Origin: Amoebophrya sp. A120
Taxonomy: Eukaryota; Protista; Dinoflagellata
Reading direction: 5' to 3'
Length of the DNA stretch: 64,000 nt
Assembly (NCBI GenBank): GCA_905178155.1
Contig: CAJINV010000004.1
Span: 10,585,655-10,649,654 of the forward strand
Shown here: in pieces, positions 14,601-26,475 of the stretch
Position numbering within the stretch: the first letter of the stretch is position 1
How the letters are laid out: every line of letters begins with the position of its first letter
Made by a program: the position numbers and the translations under genes
Notes under the pieces: model-generated
Database searches by the model: none
What the model was told of the DNA's origin: nothing
What the model saw: the letters and a program-made list of their open reading frames with translations, nothing else

Positions 14601-17293
14601 AGCTTTTTTTCCAGCTAATGCTGATCTTGACCGGCAGCTACGCGGTCGTGAACTACATCGCGTTTGTGCCGGTACTAGCGATGTTCGACGACCAGTTTCT
14701 GGTCTACCAGCTGAAAATGTTTTCCTTCCAGAAGCACAACGAGACCTGGAAAAACGCGACGGCAGTGGATCGCGTTCTTCGAGCAGGCGAAGCAGTAGAG
14801 TCGAAACCTGTAGCAGTCACAAGCGGAGATGATGATGTTGATCACGCGCAACATGATCAACAAACCACGGCAATAGCGACTCGTGCTGGTGGAGCGGGAA
14901 CCAGTACCAGTCGCGATGGAGAACTGCAAGTACAACCACAAGGACCACCGCAAATCCCTTCCCTGTTCCGCAACCCCCGCGCGCACCAGCGCGCCCTTCC
15001 CGTGCTCGGGATTTGCAACAAGTTGTCCGCTTGGCTGGTCTTTTTGATCTTCGTGCTATTGAGAGGAAAAATCCCCCCTCCCCATATTGAAAAGGTATGT
15101 TTCCAAAAATTTGCGTTGCGGATTTGAGGTCACAAATCACATCTGTCTTGCAAGAAGACAAGGGCAGAAGCTTCCGCCCCATTATGGAAGCGGTTTGTCA
15201 TGCTGTTAGGCTTAAAGGGGAGCCGTTTGCCATGCTGAACAACTAGACCCATACGCCCCTACTAGACCCATACGCCACCAGACCCAGTGCCTCTGTGCAA
15301 TACAAAGCTGATTTGTGGCCACAAATCAGCATCACAAATTTCCGCTTTGATATGGGGAGGGGGGATTTTTCATTTTGATACGTGCTGTTCTCTGGGAACG
15401 TGTTCCGGGAGCTGATGGGGCCGAGGCCATTATCAAATGCAAAGATGTCTGGGTCTGGAAGGGTGCAGAGTTTGCCATGCTTGTCTGGCATTTTGGAAGA
15501 GTTTGTGATGCGTGTCCAAGAAGAGACCCATGTTCTTGTCGTGCAGAAACGCAGTTTGTCATGCGGAAGCCGGAAAATGTAGGCACGAAAATACTTCTCA
15601 TGCTTGGCTGTGCATTACAGGGCACTCACTATTTCCAGCTCAGCATTACAAGTTTCCAGACCCAGACATATTTGCAATGCATAACCATGGATAAAAGACT
15701 ACGACCCGCTGTACTTGGTGAACAGCCACGGCTTGTTTGGCCTGATCAATTACCGGAGAACGCAACTCGTGTTGGAATACACGCACGGAGAATTATTATC
15801 TGCGAACAAATCTTCTGGACGAGAACAGGTTGAAAATACTGGTAGAGAACAAGCTGGGGGTGCAAGTGCTGCTGCAGAAAGTAAATCAGAAGAACCACAA
15901 AAAACTTCTTTTCTCCACGTCGGCGATGGAGACAATGACAATGGGAGAAGCGACCAGTTTCTCCAGGTTGTCACCTACGAAATCCGGACCGGCGCAAGTC
16001 CTGCTGCGTCTGAGGAGGAGTCCGGTGGTGTGCACGGAGCTGCGGATTCGCCGCCCACAGCAGGAGGAGTTCTTGCAGCGACATCGTCGTCCAGTACTAA
16101 AGCTGCGGCGGAACAAAATGGGCAGTGGAAACCTCTAGAATTCATTGGCCTCCCGGGTTCTGTGGATCGCCGCCCGGTGTTCATCGCTCCGTACCACGTG
16201 CGGCTCGACTGGCTGACCTGGATTGAAGTCACGTGCGGGGGCGAAGACGGCATGGCAAACAAAGTGACGCCGGACGTGAGTAAGGTGAAGGCGGAAGTAC
16301 CGAGGGGTGGGGGGATGTTTGGAGGTATAGATACTCGTGGTCCGGTTTTTCCTGTTTTTCGCATGACAAAGAATGCATCAGCTGAGTCTGAGTGGTACTT
16401 CTATGTTGTTACAACACGGGAGCAACCACGTTATCAGATCCATGTAGAATCATGCGCGACTTGTTTTTCCACTACAATCCTCCAGGCGGCGACCCGGTCC
16501 CCGATTTCGTGAAGCTCGCGCTGATCAAAATCCAGGCCGGCGTATCCCATGTAAAAATGTCTCCACCCCATAGTCAAGATGGGAAATCTGCTACACAAAT
16601 CAACCAGCTTTGGCTGTTGTGCATGACAAGTTTGGCCTCGCAGTGTAATCCCTTTGAGCTAGTTCAGCAGCGTCACAGATCAAGCTTATCGCGCTGATTG
16701 GAGCATCACAAGTTTCAAAACGCGACTAGAAAATGCTTTTTGTGGGGCTCCGCATGAGAAACGTTTTCAGTATGCAGAATTGCGCGACAGCTATGTGGCG
16801 GGGGCGTTTTTCCATAGGATATGGCGACCCTAACGCCGCCCGCCTGTTCCAGACCCCCGAATCCGACCTGTTCTACCCCGACGGCAGTGACGGCAAGAAG
16901 CTGCCCCCAACACAGTTTCGCGCCAGTTTCTACGAGTACGAATTCGATTACAGCAGCAGCGGCAACTGGTGGAAGCGAACGCTGTTGCCCGGAGGGGAGC
17001 CGCAGGTTGTGCAACTTCCTAGTGGACAAACGGGTGGTAGTGCGTCCTCGTCCTCGAAAACTTACTACAACTCCATTCTGTTCCGCAACTACATTGTTGG
17101 CGCCTGCATGGTTTTCTCCTTCCTCACCTTCCTCGGTGTGAAGACCGGCTGGGGCACGTATCCGTTTGGGTCTCGCATGGAGCAGAATAGGCCGAAACCG
17201 GTTCTTGGGGAAAATTTAGTGCAGTTGTACTTGTTTCCGAGCCTAGTTGCCGTCGTCGGAATCTTGTTTTTGTTTGCGGAATATTTGTCGTAG
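11653..17293 (+). CDS. DCC1-like (DUF393) thiol-disulfide oxidoreductase domain fused to a lipase maturation factor (LMF1-family) membrane protein
   Basis: IIWDGRCGFC motif at the N-terminus. LMF-like GFGWEW, FLLGAGMSKL..SACWWNFTC|TSTHYHTQGLPTP, LVNSHGLFG, FIAPYHVRLDWLTW. Continuous after removing IE4-IE8 and GT-AG intron 16325-16437. Confidence 0.85.
12338..12665. mobile_element. IE4, introner family C (TIR TATCAAAATGAAAAATCCCCCCTCCCCATAT), 328 bp
   Basis: TIRs; TSD aacct/aacct; in-frame join of ORFs 11653 and 12700. Confidence 0.9.
14162..14424. mobile_element. IE5, family A, 263 bp
   Basis: TIRs; TSD cacaa/cacca (1 mismatch); removal restores the LMF motif. Confidence 0.9.
15057..15380. 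mobile_element. IE6, family C, 324 bp
   Basis: TIRs; TSD cgtgc/cgtgc. Confidence 0.92.
15431..15683. mobile_element. IE7, family A, 253 bp
   Basis: TIRs; TSD gccat/accat; join reads PRPWIKDYDPLYLVNSHGLFG. Confidence 0.92.
16543..16821. mobile_element. IE8, family B, 279 bp
   Basis: Degenerate TIRs; TSD cggcg/tggcg; frame restored. Confidence 0.88.
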
Positions 17294-18574
17294 CTGAAAA
17301 TTATGATTAGCACGACTCAGTTTACTCGCGCGGCAAGGCAAGCAGAGACGTTCTGTGCAGATAGAGTACCCTTGTGGGACTTGTTTCAAAGAAATTTGCA
17401 TTTGTGACAGAAAAATAAAAGGAACATCACCAGGATACAAAACTAAACGAGAATACAGATTAGGGTTTCAGCAGCTTTGTTGCATGATTGTGAATACTAA
17501 ATTTCCAGTAGAAGAACTACCCTTGTACAGAAGGCCCGAAGACTGACCCCCCTTCCGTATGTTCAAAACCATCTCCGGGGAGTAAGCTCCTCGGAGTTCT
17601 TTTCGACTACGTAAACTAGCGGAAGACCAGCGGCACATCCGTTTGCCTGTACAGGAAAAGGTAATGTAAGGTTTGATTGCCGTGGAAAATTAACTGCTAA
17701 GGTGTGAGAGTCAAAATTTACGAATGAGAATGAAAAGCTAGTTTTTCTGTTACGCAAGAACATCTCGGAAATGGGAAATTGATAGAAGTTGCGTCTGAAA
17801 AAGAACAGTAAGAAAGTGCCAAGAATATGCTCTGTAGAGAACGACGCTGCTGCGCCAGCGCCTAGACCTTGTGAATTAAGTACAGAGTTGAAGCTTCGGC
17901 AGTGTGCGTCCTTTGACGTGTCGACATTTTCAAAACCGTTTCTGTGTCTGTTGCTGTTGCATACAAGGTATTTTTTTATCGGTATGCGTGTAAAAAAGCA
18001 GAAGCAATGCTTTGCTCGTTCGGTTTTTGCTTCTGCTTGCAACTGCTTTATCGTTCGGTCTCTTCTACAAATTCGTACCGATTTGTTCGTCCCTCATCTG
18101 TCGTGCCAAGTACTCGTGCGGCTGCCCTCGTTCTTTCGTCAAAGGTCGTCTCGTTCGTACTGTTGTTGCTTTCTCATTCTCTTTCTCCTCACAGTTTTGC
18201 TACTTAGTCGCATTATCCTTTCGTTTCAACAGGTTTCGGTTTGCGTTTGCAGGTCCTCCCGTCCCTGAGAATTTCATGTTTGCCTTTAATATTGCAAAAC
18301 CCCTTAGGTGAATAGTTATGGTTGTACTGTAGAAGAAACATGACAACGGCGTAAGTATTTGTCTTTGTCTTTCCTCCTTTCATTAGCTATACGACGCGTT
18401 CCAGTTGAGATTCAGAATAGATGTGAATGAATTTCGTGAACAACACAGAGCGACGTCGCCAACGTTATATACGCAATAGAAAAATGTAGTTCTTGTGCCG
18501 AGAATTATGAACTAGTGTGAAACTGCCACTCACTTCACTTTCTACCCCGTTCTTCCCACAACTCAGAAAGCACC

Positions 18575-21500
18575 ATGGACCACGAGCTTGACTATCTGCG
18601 GGAGGACAGCAATGTCGTGCCCAAGCGCGCTTCCACTTTACAACTTCAAACTGAAAACAGCCGGAATAAATCCAGAACCTCTTCCGCCGTGGGCAACGCC
18701 CTTTTTGTCCAGCAGCGCCGGCTCAGCTCCGACAGCTTCTTTCACAAACCCCCGGCGCATTTGATCCGGCCGAAAAAAGTGGAGCCGGAATGGGCGGTGG
18801 ACGAAGCGGAGCGGGTTTTGGTTGATTTCAACGAATTTTTGGAATCCCTGGATAACGATGGCTTATCATCCCTGTTCGACGTGAGTCCCTTCCGCTGCTC
18901 TCGGTTATATTACATCCTCCACAGTGAGGAGTACGACCCGAGCAAGGGGTCGGCGGCGTTAAGCCCGTGGGCGTTTGCGCAGCTGTTGCAGCGATTGGGC
19001 GTTCTGGATCTGCAGAAATTCGAGGATGTATCGGTCCAGTGCCCGGATGCGAAGGACCGGTCCCGGTGGCCGTTTTACCACTGGTGTGCGGCGAGACGGA
19101 GGTTCGAAACGTTCGACCCCGTGGATTGCCGGAAGCCGGTTTTGCCAAAAACGGTTCCGCCCGCCGCGGAGTTTCTGAAGCCGAAAATGAGCAGTGCAGC
19201 GATGCTGATCGCGGCCCAGGAGAGTCGGGAGACCACGAATTACTCGATAGACGGAGAGAGAACCGAGCACGAGGTGGTCGTAGATTGGTACTGGACCGGG
19301 ATCCAAGCGACGGGCAAAACCGACGAGAAAGCGCTGCGGAACATGGTGAGATCCGTGTACGCACTGTGGCAAGCGTTTGTGGTGCCGTTTCTGACGGATG
19401 CGGAGAAGCACTTGATCATGCTGCCCGTGCCGAAAATGGGCGACGTGTTGCGGTTCGTGTTTTTGCGGGGGTTGTTGCTCGCGCGGAAGAGGCGGGGGCA
19501 GGCGTCCAGCCGGGATTCGACAGGTTTTTTCCTCGCTGTTATGAGGCTTCTTTCTGGTTTTCTTGAAGATTTTCTTTCGTTTTCATTTTGCATTAGTCAC
19601 TAACTCGCGCCGGCAGTCGACGCTACATCATTGAGTGAAGCGAGCGCGCCTATCGCCGATGGATTCTCTTCATATTTTAGCTACTTTTGAAGTCGAAAAA
19701 TACACCTGAACAGGTAACCTGATTAACGCGGAGCAGGGCTTCGCGGTGATGGACTACACCTCGGATAAGTTTGCGGAGACCCATATCGTTTGTAAAAACG
19801 TCCCCACCCCATAGTTGTAATGCAATTCTGCACGCTGAAGATGTTTCTCATCCGGAGCCCCATGAGAAGCATTTTCTAGTCGTGTTTCGGAATTTGTCAT
19901 GCTCCAATCGGCACGATATGCTAGATTTGTGATGCTGGTGAGCTAAGTAAACAGGATTACACTGCGGGGCCAAACCTGTCATGCGCAACAGCAAAAGCTG
20001 GTTGATTTGTGTAGCAGACTGCCCATCTTGACTCTGCTTTGGGGACGTTTTTACTCAGGATAGCCCAGGTCTACCCCGAGTGCAACCCGAAAACCGGGTT
20101 CGCCCCGAGCAACGTCGGACAGGTGGAGCAACGTTTAGACGTGAAACGGGTCGCGGATTTCATGATGTCCCCCATCCCGTTGTTCCGGTCCTACAGCTCG
20201 AAGCAAATGCGGTGGATCTGCTACGACTTGGCGAAGGGGCGAGCGGGCAACGCGACGTTGCTGCAATTGGCGGTAAAGTACCGGATCCACCCGCTCGCCG
20301 TGGAGGACGCGCTGTCGATCATCGAGGAGGCACCGTCGGGGAGGATAACGAAGTACGGCAACGCGATTTCCGATTTGGTGTCCACCCCCGCGCACAAAAG
20401 TTTGCAAGCAGAACTGCAGAAAACGGCGTTGACGGAGGCGAAACAGGCGGTCGGGGCTGTAGTCGCGAACGGAGATGAGGAGCAGCAGGGGATGAATTAC
20501 ACGAAGAACGACAATTATCCGCATGATGTTGACAGGGGGTCCCCCGCGAGTCACGCAAGTATTCAGTCGGCCGAGAGTTACTTCGACCCAAACAACCCAT
20601 TGGTTCCCGCCTCGTCGGAAGACACGAGTGGGGAGCATTGGTTTCTGTCCATCCCCTTGTTCCGGTTAGAGCATAACGCGCGACACCGCGTGCACTCCGC
20701 CATCCGGGCCCTGGAAAGAATCCACGGCCATCAGCATCCCACGATTGAGGCGGCGAGGTCGCAGGCGCGGCACGGAGGCACTACCGAGATGAAGAAGTCG
20801 GGCAGCAAGGAGCATCGGGGCCACGGGGGCAAAATGTTTGCCACCTTGCGGAAGGCCGTTTCTTTATCCAACCTGCGGCACAGTGTGAAAGAGGGGGAGC
20901 AGGTGCTGGACACGGGGCTGATCCCGAATTTGGGCATCGCGGTGGAGAGCAAGAAGATGGGCATGGTGATCGGGGTGAAGCCCGAGGCGAATTTTTTACT
21001 GTCCTTGTCCACCGCGTGGCACTATGAATTGCAAAAATGTCTGGGTCTGGAAGATTGCAACTTGTCATGGTAAATCTGAAGCATGCAAAAATCTGTGTTG
21101 CATGAGTGCGAAAAGCTGTCCGCTTTTGACCAAGTTGGAGCGGAGTTTCTCATGCAGAATAGGCATGGCAGAGACCTCGCAAAGTCTGTCATGCTAAGTC
21201 CCGCATTCCAGACCTCAGGGGTCATGGAAAATCTGCATGACAAGTCTACAATCTTCCAGACCCAGACCACATTTTTTTACTTGATAGGCACCCCACGAGA
21301 GTGAACCTCTGCGACGCGGGCGTGAACGAGGCCATGCAACTCGCGCAGCAGAACCTGGAAAAGTACGGGAAGGAGGGTGGACAGCAGTATCCCACAGAAA
21401 AAAGCTGGCAGGGCATATTTGTAATGGAAAAATAAGTACGCAGAAAAATCTGTCATGGGCGGCCTCATAGCATGCTGCTTAGGATACGCAATACAGATTT

Positions 21501-22731
21501 TTTTGTGTATTTATTTTTGCATTACAAATGTCTGTGACCTGCCAGCTTTTTTCTGTTGGATAAGCAGGCCTTCCTGCAAAGAATGCCCACGGACATGGTT
21601 CACCTCAACGAGGGCGACGTGGGGTCCATCCTGATCCGCCTCTCGGACGATGACTCGTCCGGGTCGGAGTCCACCAATGCGGGGGGGCAGCTGGACGAAC
21701 AAAACCAGGAACAAAGTTATGGAAATACTAAACCCCTGCCGAGGGCGGTGGAAGTGCTGGAAAAGATGCCCGAGGGGGTCATGGAGGAGGTGCGGATAAC
21801 GAGGCAAGAGCAAAATCAAGACGACCTGCAGGATGAGGAAGACGCCAGCCTGGGAGAAAATTCCTCGCACGTAGGAGGTATGGGTGCGACTGAAGCAGGG
21901 GGAATAGCCAACATGTCAGCGGACGTGGGAATCATAGCAAGAAGTAAAAACGGCGGTCAAGTAGACCCTTCCTCGCAAGAACTGCAAAACTCCGGCACCG
22001 CCGATCTCGGGCGCGCCGTGCCGCGGATGAGCCAGCGGAAGCATTTGAGCGACCCCTCGAAGACGCAGCTTTCCTCGGTCTTGAGACACGTGAAGTCCTT
22101 GATCAGCAAAGACAGTTCGATGGTGCGGACCGGCGACGCGATGTGGCTGGTCTACGCGATTTTGGACAGCTCGTTGGATGAAATGCTCCCGATCGCGCAC
22201 GCGTTCGAACTGCAGCTCGCGATTACCGCGGCCCGGCTCCACGAGCACGAGCACGCGCTGCCCTGGAACGAAGTGAAGAATTTGTATTTGATAGAGCGTC
22301 ACTTGGACTGGTTCGAGACCCAGATTAAGCCGATGGACCGGATTCTGAAATCCCTGGTCACGCAGGAGAACACCGTGCCACCGGAAGTGAGGGGGTATCT
22401 GGAGGACGTGCAAGACACGCTGAACGAGTGGCAGGAAAGGCTGAATACCTTCCAAAGGGAGTGCGAATCTCTGAAAGCGGAACGGCAGGCGTACGTGGAC
22501 GCGAGCTTAAACAAGTTGTTGACAGTGCTCACGATCATCACCGCGATTGCGCTCCCCGCCACCGTCGCGTCTGGGTATGCGGGCATGAATTTTGTGGACG
22601 AGGACGGGACGCCACAGGATCCTTTGTTAGAGGACGAACACGGGCTGCGGAATTACATCATCGGTGTTTTGTTAATCACCGTCATGCTCGCGGGCGTGAT
22701 CTATTGGGCCGCAAGAGGGATAATACAGTAG
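18575..22731 (+). CDS. CorA-family Mg2+/metal transporter
   Basis: YRIHPLAVEDAL, LVYAILDS, YLEDVQD, LTVLTIITAIALPATVASGYAGMNF (GMN motif) and two C-terminal TM helices. GT-AG intron 19524-19713 plus IE9-IE11. Confidence 0.9.
19784..20062. mobile_element. IE9, family B, 279 bp
   Basis: TIRs; TSD accca/gccca. Confidence 0.9.
21023..21286. mobile_element. IE10, family A, 264 bp (reverse orientation relative to IE3/IE5/IE12)
   Basis: TIRs; TSD ggcac/ggcac; interior is the reverse complement of IE3. Confidence 0.92.
21388..21562. mobile_element. IE11, introner family D (TIR TATCCCACAGAAAAAAGCTGGCAGG), 175 bp fold-back
   Basis: ~70-bp imperfect inverted arms; TSD agcag/agcag; join reads GGQQAFLQRMP. 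Confidence 0.9.
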
Positions 22732-23336
22732 AAATAAACGCTGGTTGTTCTTCTCGATTTCATTTATTGTGATTTTTGTTCAGAAATTTGAATTACATTT
22801 ACCTCCCTGCTGCAAGTCGTGTAAAATAGCATAAGGGGTTGTTTTTTTTGGCCTATTATGTATGATGAGGGCATCAAAAATTTGAAACTACCCAGACGAA
22901 TTTTTTTTTCACCCTCTCTTTTCTGTGCGGCTTTTCTGTAATACAAAGAAACCATCTTCATCATGGTCAGGGAGTCCGCTAGCCGGCCTGCTCCAAATCT
23001 CTCTGGAACGAAAACAGTGGAGATGATGTTCTTTTTGTCACCATGAAAAGTCACTGAATTGTGCCTGATAGGCTGATACGCACAAACACAAGAGGGTTCT
23101 CGGGCACAGCAAACGTGCTGAGGGAGATGAAGTGCTGTGCGTCACAATGAGGTTGTGCTTTCAGTTTTGACAAAAGTACGAGGGAAAGCAAAAGCGAGAG
23201 AGAAAATCGATGTCATCGATCATTCCGTATAGTATCTAGCGGAACACAGTACGGGCAAGACCGACGGGGGAGTGAATTAGAAATAAGAGTCAACGCAAAA
23301 GAACGAAAACATACTTCGGACAACTGCCCCATCATC

Positions 23337-26160
23337 ATGTCTTCTTTACTTGCCAAGCCCTTCGCACTCCGCCCTGCCATGGTGAGTGCCTGGAAGGTAT
23401 CAACTGCAAAAATGTCTGGCTCTGGAAAAGTGTAGACTTGTCATGCAGATTTTCCATGACCCATGAGGTCTGGAATGCGGGGCTTAGCATGACAGACTTT
23501 GCGAGGTCTCCGCCATGCCTGTCCTGCATGAGAAACTCCCTTCCAACTTGGTGAAAAGTGGACAGCTTTTGGCACTCATGCAACACAGATTTTTGCATGC
23601 TTCAGATTTATTATGACAAGTTGCAATCTTCCAGACCCAGACACTTTTGCAATCCATAGAAGGAGGCACTGCAGAACGGCACCGACTCGGCGCCGGTGGT
23701 TTTGATTGCGAAGTCGTCGGGTGAAGATTCCCTCTGGTTGCATATCCTGTGTAAAAACGTCCCCACCCCATAGTCAAGTTGGTAAGTCTGCAACACAAAT
23801 CTCCAAGTTTTGGGAGTTTTGCATGACAAGTTTCCATCTGTAGCGTCGTGCTGTTTAGCAAGGGCAGCCGCATGAGAAAGCCAGCCATTCATCCTGTTTA
23901 CAGCATTACAAAGTCCAAAACACGACTGGAAACCCCTCTCATGCAGATCCGCATTGCAAATGTTCCTGTCATTGCACATTTGCATGACAACTCTGGGGAG
24001 GTGGGGACGTTTTTACACAGGATATTGCAATCCGCGGTGGAGTATCTGATCGCCCACCTAGCGACGGTTTTTCAAGTGGCGGAAAGAGGGGTGTATTTGC
24101 TCGTGGATAACGACCTGCTACCGCCCACCAGTAGCGCGAATAAGAGCTGCAACAGCTGGAAGACTGTCGTGAGGGAGAAGCTACTCGCTGGAGCTGCTTC
24201 GGGTACTTCATCTTCAGGTCGCAAGGATCACCATCAGTCCTTTTTCCGGAAAACAAAACTCGTCCGGCGTCGCGTACGGCCGAACTGCACAACCGTAGAC
24301 GGGGTCGTGCACGTTTACGTCGCGGTTTGTCAACATCATGCGGGGGAACAAGAAGGAGAAGGAGGAAACCGACCCCCAGAAGATGATGAAATAAACTCGT
24401 CCTTCAAACTGCCTCCCCCTGTCGCGAAGTTTCTCGCCCGCCCGACGCAGAAAATGGTCTTTGCGGAACCGATCATCAGCAGCGCGTTACGTCGTGTTTT
24501 GAACAAGGACAGCATGAGCTGGGAAGCTGTGCCGAGACATAGCACTTCGAATAATTCCTCTTCGGGATTCACCAAGCGGAACGTCCTGTCCGCAGAGGAG
24601 GAAGTGCAGTTTGCGAAAAAAGCGATGCAGATGGGCTTCGTGCACGCGGATTCGCTGCCGAGCTCCGTGCTTCTTGCGCCGGCGGGGGAGAAAGATCAAT
24701 CAGGAAAAATAAAAGCGGCCCCACCAAGGAGTAGCTCTGGGACCACTGCGCCAGTTCATCATCTTGCAAATGGGTTATTAACAGCAACGACTCCACCGAC
24801 CGGCTCATCCCTCCACGCACCATCTCGGCGGGAGAGGATGGACAAGTTGCGGCAGGTCGCAATGGACTTGAAACAGCGGATTGAGCACCGACACCGACTG
24901 CACGAAGAGCGGTTCTTGTTGCGCAATGCTGGCGGTGATAGTAAGACAAACGGAGGTTTAGTGGATTTTTGTGGTCAAGTAGAGCACTGCAGTACAACAA
25001 ATTTTGCAGCAAGTAGCGGACTAGTACGAGGACCATCTGCTGCGCAAGAACAAGCGGAACAACAACAACTTGCAGGACCTGGTACAGTAGTTCCTTCCCA
25101 CCTCGCAGACATAGTGCAACAGAAGATTGAGGCGATGCGGCAGCGGGTGTCGGTTTCGGACATCATGGACGAGCACAATAAAGTTGTGGAAGAAGAACAG
25201 CGAAAGCTTCTTCTGCAGGCCGCTACCGATCAAGACCAGAACAAAAGCGGCACAGCGACGAAAATCTCCACCCGAAAAACAGCAAACGCAGCAAGGAAGA
25301 TGACCGAATTGAGATCCAATTCGAAGCCGAAACGGTTCGGAAAGCGGCAGGAGGACGAAAACATGGGGAAGGAGAAGAATCACTACACAAAGAATCATTT
25401 TTTCGAGCACGATCCCGCGAAGATCGCTGAAACCGCAGTAAATCTCGAAGAACTACCTCCTGCTGCCGCAGACTGTGATTTCAACGAGACCTCCAGCGAG
25501 ATGAACATCAAGAACCACAACGACTCCAACTTCGTGTGGATGGCCCCAGATTCGGACGTGGAGATCGGCAGTCCGGAGTTGCAGGGGAATAAGCGGCAGG
25601 CCGCAATAAATGTGAATGAAGACAACAATAATTACACGTGGATGACGGGCGACAGCAGCGTGTCGGATGAAAACGAAGAGGGACGAACGTTATCTTCTCG
25701 ATCGGACCACGACCGTTCCGTGGACTCAGAAGTTCCAGGAGAAGGACAAGCGGAGGAGAACGGGTTCGGGCTCGACAGTCAGCCCGACCCTCGTGTGGTC
25801 AACAACACTCCCGCTTACGACGAGCACGACATCGACGCCGCGCTGCAAGAGGAGCAACAATTCCTCGCGACGATTGAGGAGGAGACAAGGAATATTCATG
25901 CAGACATCCGCTTCGAGCTGGAGAAGGGCAAACCTGCGACCTTTGGGCTGCTGTTCTCGGCGGGGAGAACTACTTCACCTGGCGGTCCTGGGGGTGGAAT
26001 TATGCGGGGGAACTTCAGGGAGAGTGTCGGTTTGGAAAATAAGTACGGAGGAAAGAATTTTTACAGTTCGAACTTATTTCATCAAGAGAACATCAATATC
26101 CGGGCACAGTTTCTAGTGCAGGATCGCATGCAACATGGTCGTGCTGGTGAGATTTTCTAG
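23337..26160 (+). CDS. Hypothetical low-complexity/coiled-coil protein
   Basis: ATG 23337 MSSLLAKPF..AWK|EALQNG..SLWL|QSAVEYL joins ORF 23848 after removing IE12 and IE13; no recognised domain. Confidence 0.72.
23398..23658. mobile_element. IE12, family A, 261 bp
   Basis: TIRs; TSD gaagg/gaagg. Confidence 0.92.
23743..24024. mobile_element. IE13, family B, 282 bp
   Basis: Near-perfect TIRs; TSD ttgca/ttgca. Confidence 0.93.
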
Positions 26161-26475
26161 CTTGTGTGGAGAATGATCATGATGTCGTCTCAGGTACTAA
26201 ATTTTGCCTGGAACTGACAAGTTTCGTGAACGATTCGAGAGAGGCTCCTCTCACAGCAAAGGCAGAAGGAGTCATCGAGTTTTCTTTGTTCGACGCCAGC
26301 TCAATGAGTGCTAAGACTGAAGAATGAGAGAACAAAATAGATGGCAGTACTAGCATTCGCTAGTTCGACAAAAGCGGCTGCATGTTGCTGCAAAACGCGT
26401 GTTTTGTGATCGATTTTGCGTTTTTTCGGCAGAGGGGCTTTACGTTTTTTTTTTTTCTCCGAACAGAGAATCCAA

